Source: an uncultured Christensenella sp.
GTDB taxonomy: Bacteria > Bacillota > Clostridia > Christensenellales > DTU072
Assembly (NCBI GenBank): GCA_964368255.1
Contig: CAYJBW010000002.1
Coordinates: 1-58,661, forward strand
DNA length: 58,661 bases
Direction of reading: 5' to 3'
The notes below the pieces were generated by a model. It was not told the origin of the DNA. It worked only from the letters and a program-made list of their open reading frames with translations, and made no database searches. Position numbers and translations under genes: made by a program. Below are positions 37,701 through 46,100 of this stretch, one piece after another; positions within the stretch are counted from its first letter, which is position 1, and each line of letters starts with the position of its first letter.

Positions 37701-40177
37701 ACATATTTGAAAGGGGTATTGACTGGTTTGTGAGAGAAATATATATGGAATCTCAAATAGTAAGTGCAATTAAGAGAGTACAGCTTATCAATACATCAAG
37801 CGACGGCTATTACTACATAGACCCGTACTATGACTATACCATTTTGCCAAGCACTTTCATTGCAGATTTTGCCGAAGCAAATGGTGGTTTCAGTTATTAC
37901 TTCAGCACGGTTTGGGATAATGACAATATCTCTAGCAATATTACTTACAAAGGCAATGCCAAGAACAATTTGTACGGATATTTGTACAGTTGGTACACTT
38001 ATTATAACAATCACAGTCAGAATCCGTTCTTGAACACTGTGCTAAGCGACATTGTTGCCCTTGTTGAAGGTAAGACTTGGCAACAGATAAAGAATGACAA
38101 TATGTCAATAGCCAATACCTTAGCAATCATTGACACCCTTGTTTATAGCTTTTATCCGGACACAAATCCTAGCAATGAAGATGCAAGAAAGATAGAATTG
38201 TTTATTTATTATAGGGCAGGGGATAGGCTACTTAGCTACGGTCAAAGTTATTTAGCAGGGCAATCAATTGACAAAACAGAAGTGTTAAAGCTTTTTGACA
38301 GCAACAAGTATGATTTGGTAACAAGTACGCTGTTTAATAGCAGAACAGGGGAAAGTCAGGTAATCAACCTAGTAGTAATTGTTAACAACCGTACTTTGGA
38401 CAGCGGAGATTTGGTAGTTATTGACAAAGATGGCACAGAACAAAACAAGGTAATAATAAGTGACCCATTCTTAAGTAATATCGATAGTATACCAAGCTAT
38501 ATTGATGTAAATGGCGAAATAATGAAAATTATTTGGGACGGTGTTACCGTTGATGTTAAGGGCAACCTTGATAAAGCTAGTCAAAGAATATACGGATATA
38601 TAAAAGATAGCAGAATAGGTCAAAGAGTATCTATAGAACTATATGTTAACAAGTGGAGTTATAACGGTATTTATTACAATGTGCTACAAGGTAATGAAGA
38701 AGTGAGAGTACTTCTTAACCCTATTGATTTTTACTTTAATAACTATATACAGAACTCTGCAATGGACAAATACGAAATTATGTTTAGTATACAGGAACCC
38801 ACATTTGACCAGTATGGCGATGTAAAGAAAGATTTGAACAACAAAATAATTACTAAAACCACTGTAAAATATCAAGTGTTCTACCCAGAAGACTCTATAA
38901 TGCTAGAGAACACTACCTTTGATAGTGACATGCAAGAGATTTTTGTAAGGAACAAGTATGTAATGTATTGGGATACCGTAGCAAAAGCTGCTGTGCTAAA
39001 CCCAGACAAAAATGTAACCAAAGTAGCCGCAGTAGTTGAGATAGGCAACGAAAGCATAGGAAGAATTTCTGTTAGGGATATAAAACTACCTACTTCATCG
39101 GCGGAAACTGTAGCAAATTATAATTTTGACGATATGAGTATCGAGTTGATAAAGGTTGTAGATGTAGAAAGCAGTTATGAATTATACCCGCAAATGGAAA
39201 GTAAGTTGCTTGTTAAGAGCGGGGTTGCTGCGGTAGTAATGAGTGTAGATAGTGTTTATCCAGTAACGGGCAACCTAACATTGCACTCAAATAATATTTA
39301 TTACGACCCTAATAACCTGACAATTAGGTTCTTGTGGAACAAAAAGTATGCAGAAGCTATCAAAGAGTTAGAAAAGTTCATAGCGGACAGCTACCCGGAA
39401 GTGGAAGCAATGGCAAGGAATGAATACGCTATCAATATACTTATGAACTTTGCATCAAGGACAACTACAGAAAATGAAGAATTATTCCTGCTTGCTTGCA
39501 AGTATCAAGCCAAGATTTTCTACAGCTGGCCGGACAACCAAACGGATTTGTCTTACGCGACAAAGAATACAGCTGGAGAATATGTAAGCTTCTCTGACCG
39601 TTGCCAAAGGAATGCTAATGCATTGCTTATGATAGATGAGAAATATGATTTTACTAAGGAGCCAGCTCGGCTTAAGGGCGGTGTCAACGGAAACAAGAGT
39701 ATGACCGTGCTAATAAGAGTGGGAAGCAGCAACATAATTTATACCCAAGAAGTAACGGTAAAAGTTATCTTTAGTGACTACAAACCGATAGCTTACTATT
39801 CTAGGAACGCCTACAATGTATACACGCAAATAGGTTTTGCAAATCCCGATAGCTTGCCAAGCGAATTGTTTATGGCAGTAAGGACAGATTATTGGGATAC
39901 CGCACAAAACCAAAACATCTATGTGACCAATGGCGAAGGCAATGCCTATGATAATATTGACAATTTCAGTTATATGCTACTTCATTATTCCAACAAAGAT
40001 ATTGAAGGGTATAAGATAAACAACGAAGTAATAAATGGAATAAACTATAATTTGAGATTGAAGCATATTACCGATATAGTGTACGGAGCGCCAGTAGGGA
40101 ACACTGTTACATCTACAAGCTTCAAAATTGATGGGATACTTTATTATTCCAACTTGATACAGTTAAGAGTGTCCTAA
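28742..40177 (+). CDS. Giant surface lipoprotein 1 (about 3,811 aa), unknown function
   Basis: The frame is open from 28715 (GTG). The likely start is ATG 28742, 11 nt after a GGAGG, which gives MKKTWVKIVILSMMLVFALALTAC (signal peptide plus lipobox). The 11.4-kb frame is uninterrupted in AT-rich DNA. It has an N-terminal region homologous to giant 2, many DPY/LP..V...W beta modules, and a helical segment of about 390 aa. Confidence 0.9.
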   Translation: MKKTWVKIVILSMMLVFALALTACELQDPSTSVLYFINDNAANQFNKDRNTKDNAIDKVTDSITNLRSYLDNEAIATTGYYMGVEFNIDTQDPITLEGGNFRLKVQAHLYTYRYLQQDDKGNVLKDEFGNEIHIFKYYDKKDGKYYDTNNQEGTRVLTDAEDIHNEVIKKSNILIEWYNGTTNQMLIGMYFDGINNNADDPGNVLYLNIQNSKRSFPEFGDTVLYQQLIRLLMSLSVESLLTAGNIQGDAGVSTLRALFGVAVNDNYKVVLNSPITSVLFYSIAADAIASNLTGFIQGLFSPFEDKIDPLTLKYLGFDFSVVGSAVINSVNSDMQFFTEPDPNNVKEIMTGAYLTFAGASLSRGSIYNYVSDVTFEYGPYPPEEMALDRLYYTEYDYGNYEFVGNLYVPMLNANFDALIRTDIQQYDNSINNVFMEFSDISNGELMIGAYYKNERTYIDISGLEYLYGWIDLNQLGFPKVYDESINLAEQLGKMFKFLNNSIVSIVDAILSPDKNDKENKLLEYIMEKTVSTKKTPDDIFSKNTVTLTVDMYLIKHALEETGQGTYTTRQIINILDSLMPYTMDQIAIMLGVSSAEVMLDNTYFTFTLNVDTNEITVKMFTNVGIKPGEPSTLIFQLDVIPTVVGEYVEIAEVKFDNFKPLEQIYTYSATMNGNFVFSTAETVDMSRLLSATIGENSGKNTPYILPQKAGVTFRLIYDQFVTDQIVDGVLKKAGRSAFELTVWLTGSDETQIIIRLASDDVAFNNEVYQNQPERAAELGYVWVSIECVKLGDGVSQKIPKVKIREDVFMTSMQAYMNGTSISDDASELEGTDVNLSITSILFALVEDSYVVAQPKQLEITTSNETVQSIFRVKGLIGNIRVNAGFTYRVKGLENVKYSYGMYKVGQFENLEGNSPYDTELHDDIPVYFYEDYHYDYDDLEYDLRVDRQTGVIQVYEKGGKKLINREPINYASDSFFNNEGPNNQDISLIRFNYNNISALVLREEDIYYYLTYAGERVDIEEQYVRLESGQVYIYYLGIMDRVHHEGGSEFYYYERDMALTDSDGYYIYYYPQTTLGFMFNYDLPSIEITEAAKTQYAPRIDGSFMGTLRHYVLVMTSVLAVERGKLFELESKEYYSLEDENNIIEEFDEDGVKIKETLSPIVLYVFEPFLPVPKSTAVNIKVGKNTEIYTLVADFQIDKEQLYIKGHMEVTEVIIAKGMMGEATYPVRIIVTNREILTAEYVNIYTTNNDQVTNYVPVVDNIEIDPYDYMIAKYEFFSNIDNFNPDQYSLDSNSADYYLTQYELKEKQFANEYFSQYIFSINFNYLESVLYAEEVKPEYIATTYTNLNNNVLEKYNWNFDVFKAGNNREQNITAAEGNIINLHTYFQGQLIALRVNVGKRIFSHLKFYENDDFNPTEANAGIENNNQYIYGHYVANYFDEGSYKVPTTPVFVFNNGSGREYEKVFDLRYISGLNQDGNYIFSNMYEIMWADPKITNIGSLGSYYLLEGELVNRPFYVSHVVKDENGVIISEGTPTPGESGNDSAIDTSSLNMFWLLKIFKPIRNAIGGYEGQYKEISMVSGTSTDSGFPTIVLRITVECPKLNVAPARTESGAIIKEADELDTTGAGGSPVVFNPSAIKIGNNSVGYYLIDPLNASTNIIPRDITLYFVDPNDESGRLSSHKFKNVEWYSYIPTTTVDGNITFQAGSYTNASGYEIIKEENGVYTFNQPTDKPIVTRIMAKIGSDLSGYQLIVLCIKVLSKDPQNVEFYFGTKGETTKYISGIEKVNLSVNDDKGTKAEEYAIYTYYVNTFANFNMPTWIKAYFGVASERSELYDVTWQQVSNSSLPVYQPNSVVNLMAIIGSGDVKIRIYLVVVVANYSISNIELVSDYNSLLVKVGSHNNYVQVSDLLQKDFVNNKMGLYQVDGYLNNYLLLSTGSEQDGLVEIGKLGCYRFIEGVYVLQAQMYPYEFLNSIYSRMNIFFNNSQLVDYANVSNYYTRVYSSESNQTLSVKLNDAIEFSYSFDAGTQQNKLNVTYRYLAGDGYYYYLNLDENDMVRVYLNSDMVEQTSISLEVHELTSLLTHERSAEDIRSFVVDTVTLQNGTIDGGGKPLSAIYTFLSGNLTYYSPQDITERMSFISITFTNGRVMTVEELNYRLLYLERNRRQNTIVTPIRNKVTSINNFSGIFSINDIVRESIDPYSFQESPNFIVSLGTGRNAYDMTLRIIFDGGLRVSVDSMASQTIDIEPYSGNGTANYGNNGYSLAVNVSAEIKVVKQDNTGSIIRYYYGDQYGISTQKLTSWYVSQSSYESVPVGSVITTIEQSLIYSSEGGSLTITTLTAEGFRLTRVLNFTGVPETIDHYNSTLATGLLIRNGRITVEDIYNYMPITTYFGGTAYLPKEINATLSGKSITVSNVNWEISPNWRQNVLAQLSYYGTNDLQRVIATAEILGWESYEGGKQVYHDRITITLYIVINSAEVAQLPWLTTSLRLNTLPIIEDVGGVQTKIQAVDVDAFNDMNSGAISNATFILPQNIIVQYVGGAKHTFYGVTYKFRNVDVAYIPYNIQGIDVDAMSDQLSLNVNMFETDHIDLQVSLGLMQTLIIRFRFYDKTVVNVVPDLSLTNTGIRNQINDALGTLDDELSDRIQKDMNLIRIQANIEKLIETARLIRNNVAMPLTQNILGMTSLAPIRAELVKGWIGFDIISNPQVNPPGQPLSAEQCYNYALPRLRTEAESYADSYARNILDIINTSSLALRAAAIKKQVDDYVRVAYNRSYDIIISDYIKEELSVAFVKEMQAMDSYALSYALYYKNYMEASLNIESIISGIYRIREQINCGIYDMFADANLLNTLYKNIIIAAVQNAMTVAKAKVNNEAISAIIDNIVWMRLGVNSASGSQYQPLTKDINYIVASDLYKSKVELRAIFKEMISSAMDFSIKAGDIDIISSELHELIPLMVQANVDSISGLSTSISAVRRNLISDIDIGSLINNIFERGIDWFVREIYMESQIVSAIKRVQLINTSSDGYYYIDPYYDYTILPSTFIADFAEANGGFSYYFSTVWDNDNISSNITYKGNAKNNLYGYLYSWYTYYNNHSQNPFLNTVLSDIVALVEGKTWQQIKNDNMSIANTLAIIDTLVYSFYPDTNPSNEDARKIELFIYYRAGDRLLSYGQSYLAGQSIDKTEVLKLFDSNKYDLVTSTLFNSRTGESQVINLVVIVNNRTLDSGDLVVIDKDGTEQNKVIISDPFLSNIDSIPSYIDVNGEIMKIIWDGVTVDVKGNLDKASQRIYGYIKDSRIGQRVSIELYVNKWSYNGIYYNVLQGNEEVRVLLNPIDFYFNNYIQNSAMDKYEIMFSIQEPTFDQYGDVKKDLNNKIITKTTVKYQVFYPEDSIMLENTTFDSDMQEIFVRNKYVMYWDTVAKAAVLNPDKNVTKVAAVVEIGNESIGRISVRDIKLPTSSAETVANYNFDDMSIELIKVVDVESSYELYPQMESKLLVKSGVAAVVMSVDSVYPVTGNLTLHSNNIYYDPNNLTIRFLWNKKYAEAIKELEKFIADSYPEVEAMARNEYAINILMNFASRTTTENEELFLLACKYQAKIFYSWPDNQTDLSYATKNTAGEYVSFSDRCQRNANALLMIDEKYDFTKEPARLKGGVNGNKSMTVLIRVGSSNIIYTQEVTVKVIFSDYKPIAYYSRNAYNVYTQIGFANPDSLPSELFMAVRTDYWDTAQNQNIYVTNGEGNAYDNIDNFSYMLLHYSNKDIEGYKINNEVINGINYNLRLKHITDIVYGAPVGNTVTSTSFKIDGILYYSNLIQLRVS

Positions 40178-40195
40178 ACGGAGGAAGTAATATAA

Positions 40196-43100
40196 ATGTT
40201 TAAGAGCAAGAGCAAGTTATTTTTATTGTTAGTTCTAATAATCGTCATGATGACGACAGTTCTTGCTGCCTGTAGTACTGCTGTTGTTGACGACCCCGAT
40301 GATGACGATAACAAAAAGCCAGCAGCAACAATAACGGTAAACAGTGCCTTAGACATGATTTATAGCGGTTTGGTGGAAGGTGGCAAAGCCCTAGAAAAAG
40401 CGCCATCAAAGTATGTTGAAACAATTTATACTATATATACTAGCGAAATAAACTACACCATAACATACAAAGCATACTATGCGGCGAATATACCGGATAG
40501 CTTGTTTTATGTCAAGGTGTTTGATAATGAAGAGTTCGTGGATAGAGCGATTTTTTATTATGACAGCAGAGACCTTTATATATCTTCGGGGAATAGTAAA
40601 AAGGTATTAAGCGACTTTAGTTCTACTATGATGTTTGATGTCTTTTATACCGCAATAAAAAGTCTTGATATGACGGAAAATTTTTATGGCGGTGAAGTAG
40701 CTAGCTTATTTAACCGCAATAATGAAAAAGTGAACTTAAGTTTGCTTATGAGTGTCAACAACATAGGTTATGTTAAGGTTGCAGAAAACAGAGACAGTTT
40801 GGAGATTAAGGATGTCGACCTTAGTATTATTACCGATGTAATTGGCGCAAGTATGGACTTGTATCTTAATGATATAGGCGATAAGTTCGATATATTGACA
40901 CAAAAGTATCTTGACTTCCGTTTGAGCCGCTTGTTAGAAAGCCGTTTTAGATACATATTTGCCGACAAAATAAATGTACAACTAGAAGACAATGTGGCAA
41001 AAACTACAAGTTGGAAGGCTAGCGGAACAATGCGTGACGCGAGCAAATATTTTGTGACGGCAGACATGACTTATGACTTTGAAACCAACACAATTACGGA
41101 AGGCAGTAAGTTTGTCAAGAGCAAATTTACCGAAGCTAGTTTGGGCAAAAATGAGTTTGAAGGTACGATTTTTATTCCTGCAATCAGCGACCAACTTTTT
41201 GATATGGAAGTTGTAACCGACCTAAATAGTGTCAATAATAAAACAAACCAAATGACTATTAGGATATTGGATGCCCAAAAGGAAGAATTTATGGGCGCGT
41301 ATTATCGTGACGAAATTATGTATTTAGACATAAGCGGACTATATTCTTGGGTGGGTGGCACGGTGGATCTTGCAGCATTACGCTTCCCGAAGGTGTATTT
41401 TGAGAATATTAACCTAACTAATTTAATGGTGGCAGGCTACAACGATTTGCTCAAAGCAGTACTTGTCTTATTGGATAAAGATATAGGGAATATTGAGTTT
41501 GAGAATGAAGAACTTTATAGCATTATTATGGAGAACTTCACTTCTGACGACAAAAATAATATTTACTATACAATAACGGAAGAACTAATCCAAAAGATTA
41601 GGCAAGACGATAAGTCAGTAATGACTATGATTAGTGAACTACTTGATGTCGACCAAACAAAACTAGAATCATACCTAGGGGAAGATTTCTTCACAGATGC
41701 TAGATTGGTTATTTCTTACAACCTTGACACAGGCAAGATAGGTCTAACTTTCTATAAAGGCGATGAGCTAATTGTACAGTGTTATTTAGTAAGAAAAGAT
41801 TTCACCACAATAATGTTCCCTGCCGATACCACTATGCAAAGTGACGCTTATTCCAAACTATTGTTGCCAGATGTTACAACATTAGAGTTTGAAGGGGAAC
41901 TAAGAGTGGGTAATGCCAAGTCAGAAACAGACCTTAGTAAGTTCCTTGGCACCCTTGTTGGAGATGTATCAGGGACGAACACCCCCCAAAAGCTCAAGAG
42001 TAACGAGCGACTAAGGATAAGCGGAGCAATAAGCGAAAGCATAACCACTAACTCACTGGGGGAATCTGTTGTCAACAACACCATAAAAGTGAGTGTTACC
42101 AAGATAACATACGGTATTGGCGAACCTGTAATAAAGAATGTGTTTAATATTTATACCAACATAGCTAACCCGAATATTTTGCTTATAGAATATTTCTTAC
42201 CAGTAGGAGAGTACGCCAATCAAAGTCCAGGCGGACTTAAATATAGGATAAGTAAAGAAGTGCTAAAGTCAGCTTTCGATGAGCTGCTTGGAGAAAACAA
42301 CATTTTCGGGGAGTCTAGCGCATTTGGCATACTAGAAATGCTACTAAGCACCAAGAACAGTTATTCTACGGTATCCAAGGACAATGGGTACATCAACTTT
42401 AGTATAATGGTTGACAGCAAAAGTGACCCGCTGTTTGACCTAATCGGTGTAAAAGACACCACAGCAACAATTAAGGCGAGAATACGCTTTGTTAGCATTG
42501 ACCTAAGCTCAATAGTTGCCGCTAACTACAGCACACCAAACGCAATGCCACTAAATAATGTAACTGTGGAGAGTATTTATAGTGAGAACTCGAAGTGGAA
42601 AGACAAAGTAGATGTATATTTTGATGGTATCAAAGTTGTAATGAAGCCTAACTATAGTGAAGAAAGTACACAAATAGTTACTGGCAAAACAACATATAAC
42701 CCACTTGCGCGCTTGTTTGGCGCAGAGATAACTTACAGGGTAGAAATTGTTAACGAAAACGGAACATACAAAATAGAAACCATACTAAGCAACAAAATTG
42801 TTGTCGACCCAACTTTTAACAAGAATTTGCCCATACAAGTTGCTGTACTGTATGATAACGGCAAAACGGGTGTACTAAAGTGTAGTATAACAGACTTTAA
42901 TGTAAGCAACATAACCAATGCCGGCTACAACTTGTCGGGCTTTGCGGATGTGTTTACTCCAAATATGATTTCTAAGCTAAAAATTGGACAGAACAGTATT
43001 ATGGAAAAGAGCTTTGAAGTCTATGTTTTGGTAAACAATAGAAGTATCATTGCAGAGAAGTCATATAAAGAAACGCCTATTGTGGGAGCTATACAAATTG

Positions 43101-46100
43101 ACCCTTACTCATACGCTCTCAAAAAACAATTAAACAGCAATTACAACCCAATTATTGACGGGATACAAACTAACGGCATAGAAATAAAGTTCAATAATGT
43201 TTACGGCGAAGAAACATACATAGATGGCGAAGAAGAGAAAGTTAGGGATTTGACCTATGATATAGAAGGAGTAAACAAATTCTTCTTGTCGAACCTGTCT
43301 TTGCAGTGGAGCTATGACGAATCACTCATTACTTGGCGGGGTAGCAAAGGTTATGCTTATGCCTACTTTGGCGACAGAGAAAAGGGAAATGCGCTTAAGA
43401 TTGCTATAGAAGTTAGTGTGCTAGCCCAAGAAATTGACTATGTGCAAATTGACAATGAAGAAGCAGGTAAGTATACAATAGACTATTTAATAGAATCATC
43501 TTATACGCTACCCACTCAAACTAGCGAAATACACAGCGTGAAGGTGTATTTTAAGGGAGAAACAGGAAGATTTAGAATTGTAAGCAACAGACCTATGGGC
43601 ATAAGTGACGATGTTTATTACAACAACTATTTACCCGTACAACTGATGTGGGAAGGGGCGGAAAGTATAAGGACAAAGATTGATGTAAATGGTACCGCAA
43701 CACTGTTTGGCACATCTAATAGAACGAAAGCTATTTTTGGCATTATTGCATCCGTTGGGTACCAAAATGTACCGTTGCAGGTTGTAGTGCCAGAAAGATA
43801 TATGAGCGACTCCGAAGAAGTGACCAAACTTGTCAATCTAGTGACTAGTTACACGGTGGACCAATTCGGCAGCATTACTTCGTCAATGGCAAGTATAAGG
43901 ATATCGCAGGCAAAATTTGGCGAGGCGGACGAAGCATACAAGTCATTTGCTATCAATCCTTATGATTCTTCTGCGCATCTTCCTTCCAGCATTTATCTGT
44001 GGGTTAATAAGTCCTATGACTCCAAATCACAAAGAATAGTAAAGAATTATCCCGTACGGTGGAAGACTACCAACAAAGACGGTGTAGAACTAAACATTAT
44101 TAAAGAAAAAGGTGGTAACTTCTATTTAGCCAACCCAGTAACAGAGCAAAGGAACCTGGTTGTATATGGCACAGTGGGCGATGGTAATGGCGAAATATGG
44201 GTGGTTATGCACATTACCAACCTAGCGTCAGAATTACAATCTGTGACATATTACACCGATTATAACTATGATACATATAGCCCTGATAACGGATTGCCAG
44301 TAGAATTATTTAGAGAAAATACTTACTATATAAACAACCAAATTACTAAGATTAAGACAAAATATGATGTTGCTTGGACAACCACCAATATGAAAGGTGA
44401 TGAGCTAGGTATTATCAGCCTAGGGCAGGATAATAAGTACTTTATCAATGTGGGAGCTGTACTTAAGAATGTCGACCTAGTCGTTTATGGAAAGGCAAGT
44501 AATAAGCTTGGTGAAAGTTTTTGGGTGATGATGAACATATTAGTGTCCGAACTAAATGTACAAACCATCACTTATATGGGCTTAGAAGTGAGTACAACGG
44601 AAATTGTTGTTGATCCCTACAAGCCATATTATCTGCCCACAGGCTTTGTTGCGGTACTAGAAAGCGGAGAAGAAATTACCGTCCGCAACATAATGTGGCA
44701 TATAAATAATGGCATTGATGATGAGTGGTATCCAGCCATTTATAGTGGCACAAACCGTAGTATGTACGGCAATGATAACAAGTACATTTTTAGTCGTCAC
44801 GGCGGTATTTACTATGCGCGCTATATAATAGAAGCCGGGGATGGAATTATTTCGCAAGAGCTTGTTTTGGAGATAAATGTGCTAAAACGCACCATTGTCC
44901 CAGGCTTGATAGAAATATACAATTTGGAAGAATATAATGGCATCAAGAATAAGCCCGTTACAGGATATATTGATATAGACTATTATTCTGCGGAAAGCAC
45001 AAGATTACTCGACAAACTAAATTCAATAAAAGCAGGCAGTCCGTATAACTATGCAGGGGTATATTTTGACGAAGCAAAGAGCGAAGGTATTTTTGACCGC
45101 TTCACTTTGACAGTTGATTGGAACAAATCAAAAGTTGGTTACGCTGGGTACGAAAACAGTATAAATAGACTGATTTATATGCTTAATCATCCTACACCGG
45201 GCTTTGAAATGACACTTATTGGCACGATAGCAACGGGCACAATAAATGAGCAAGCGCTTGCAATAGACTTTGCATTTAGCAGTCTTGAGATAGAAAACAT
45301 TAGCTTTAACAGGGTAAGAAGAATGGCAGAAGGCAGTTCTCCTGTGCTTGAGCTTGCGCAGCAAAATAGTTACTACCAAATTGATTTTGAAGAAATGTAT
45401 AGCGCTTTTGAAGGCGCAAATATGTTGTATATCAACATTCATAAGGTATTTGCTCTTACCGTTCCCAACAAGAACAACGCAGAAAAATACGCATCTCCTT
45501 ATGATTACATAAACTATTTGCTTGGTAGCGTTGTGCTTTATTATAAGAATGGTAATATGAATAACGCTGTGCCTAGTATCAACTACTTAGGCATAACGGA
45601 AAGCGACTTTAATGCAAGAGTACTTGGCTTGACACAGCAAACAGGCACAATTTCCCTAACAGAAATAAAGCTAAACAAATTATCACAAGGTTCTGCAATA
45701 GATGAAGTAAATGTTGTTATTACCGCTAAAGTTGACGACAGAATAACTAACGACATTGCATTAACGGCGGAATTGTATAATGAAGACAGCACAGAAAGGT
45801 ATGGACAAGACTATCCATTGCCCACCTTTATTGATGTAGAATATCTATATTCTGGTGTGGTGCGTTATGATGTTCGTATGTGGACAGTGGGAGCGACAAG
45901 CAGAAGTATCCTAGCAACGGATATAGCGTCTAGGATACCCGTTAAGTATATTGACACCTTGAGATCTTCTGGCACCAGTGAGGGAAGTTATTACAACTTC
46001 TACTACAATCTGCCCACCGAAAAAGAAGATTTGTTCTTGCAAGTATACATTCCCAAAAAGAACATTAACAAGACTTTCTACAACGCAGACGGAGAAACAA

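Noticed and set aside
37199-37756. 185-aa antisense ORF inside giant gene 1, plus many similar minus-strand ORFs of 60-170 aa inside both giant genes (for example 51536-52048, 45128-45442, 49589-49918)
   Set aside because: All are fully embedded antisense to very long sense ORFs. They have no SD and odd Cys/Phe/Tyr/Ile-rich composition, as expected from reading AT-rich coding DNA backwards.
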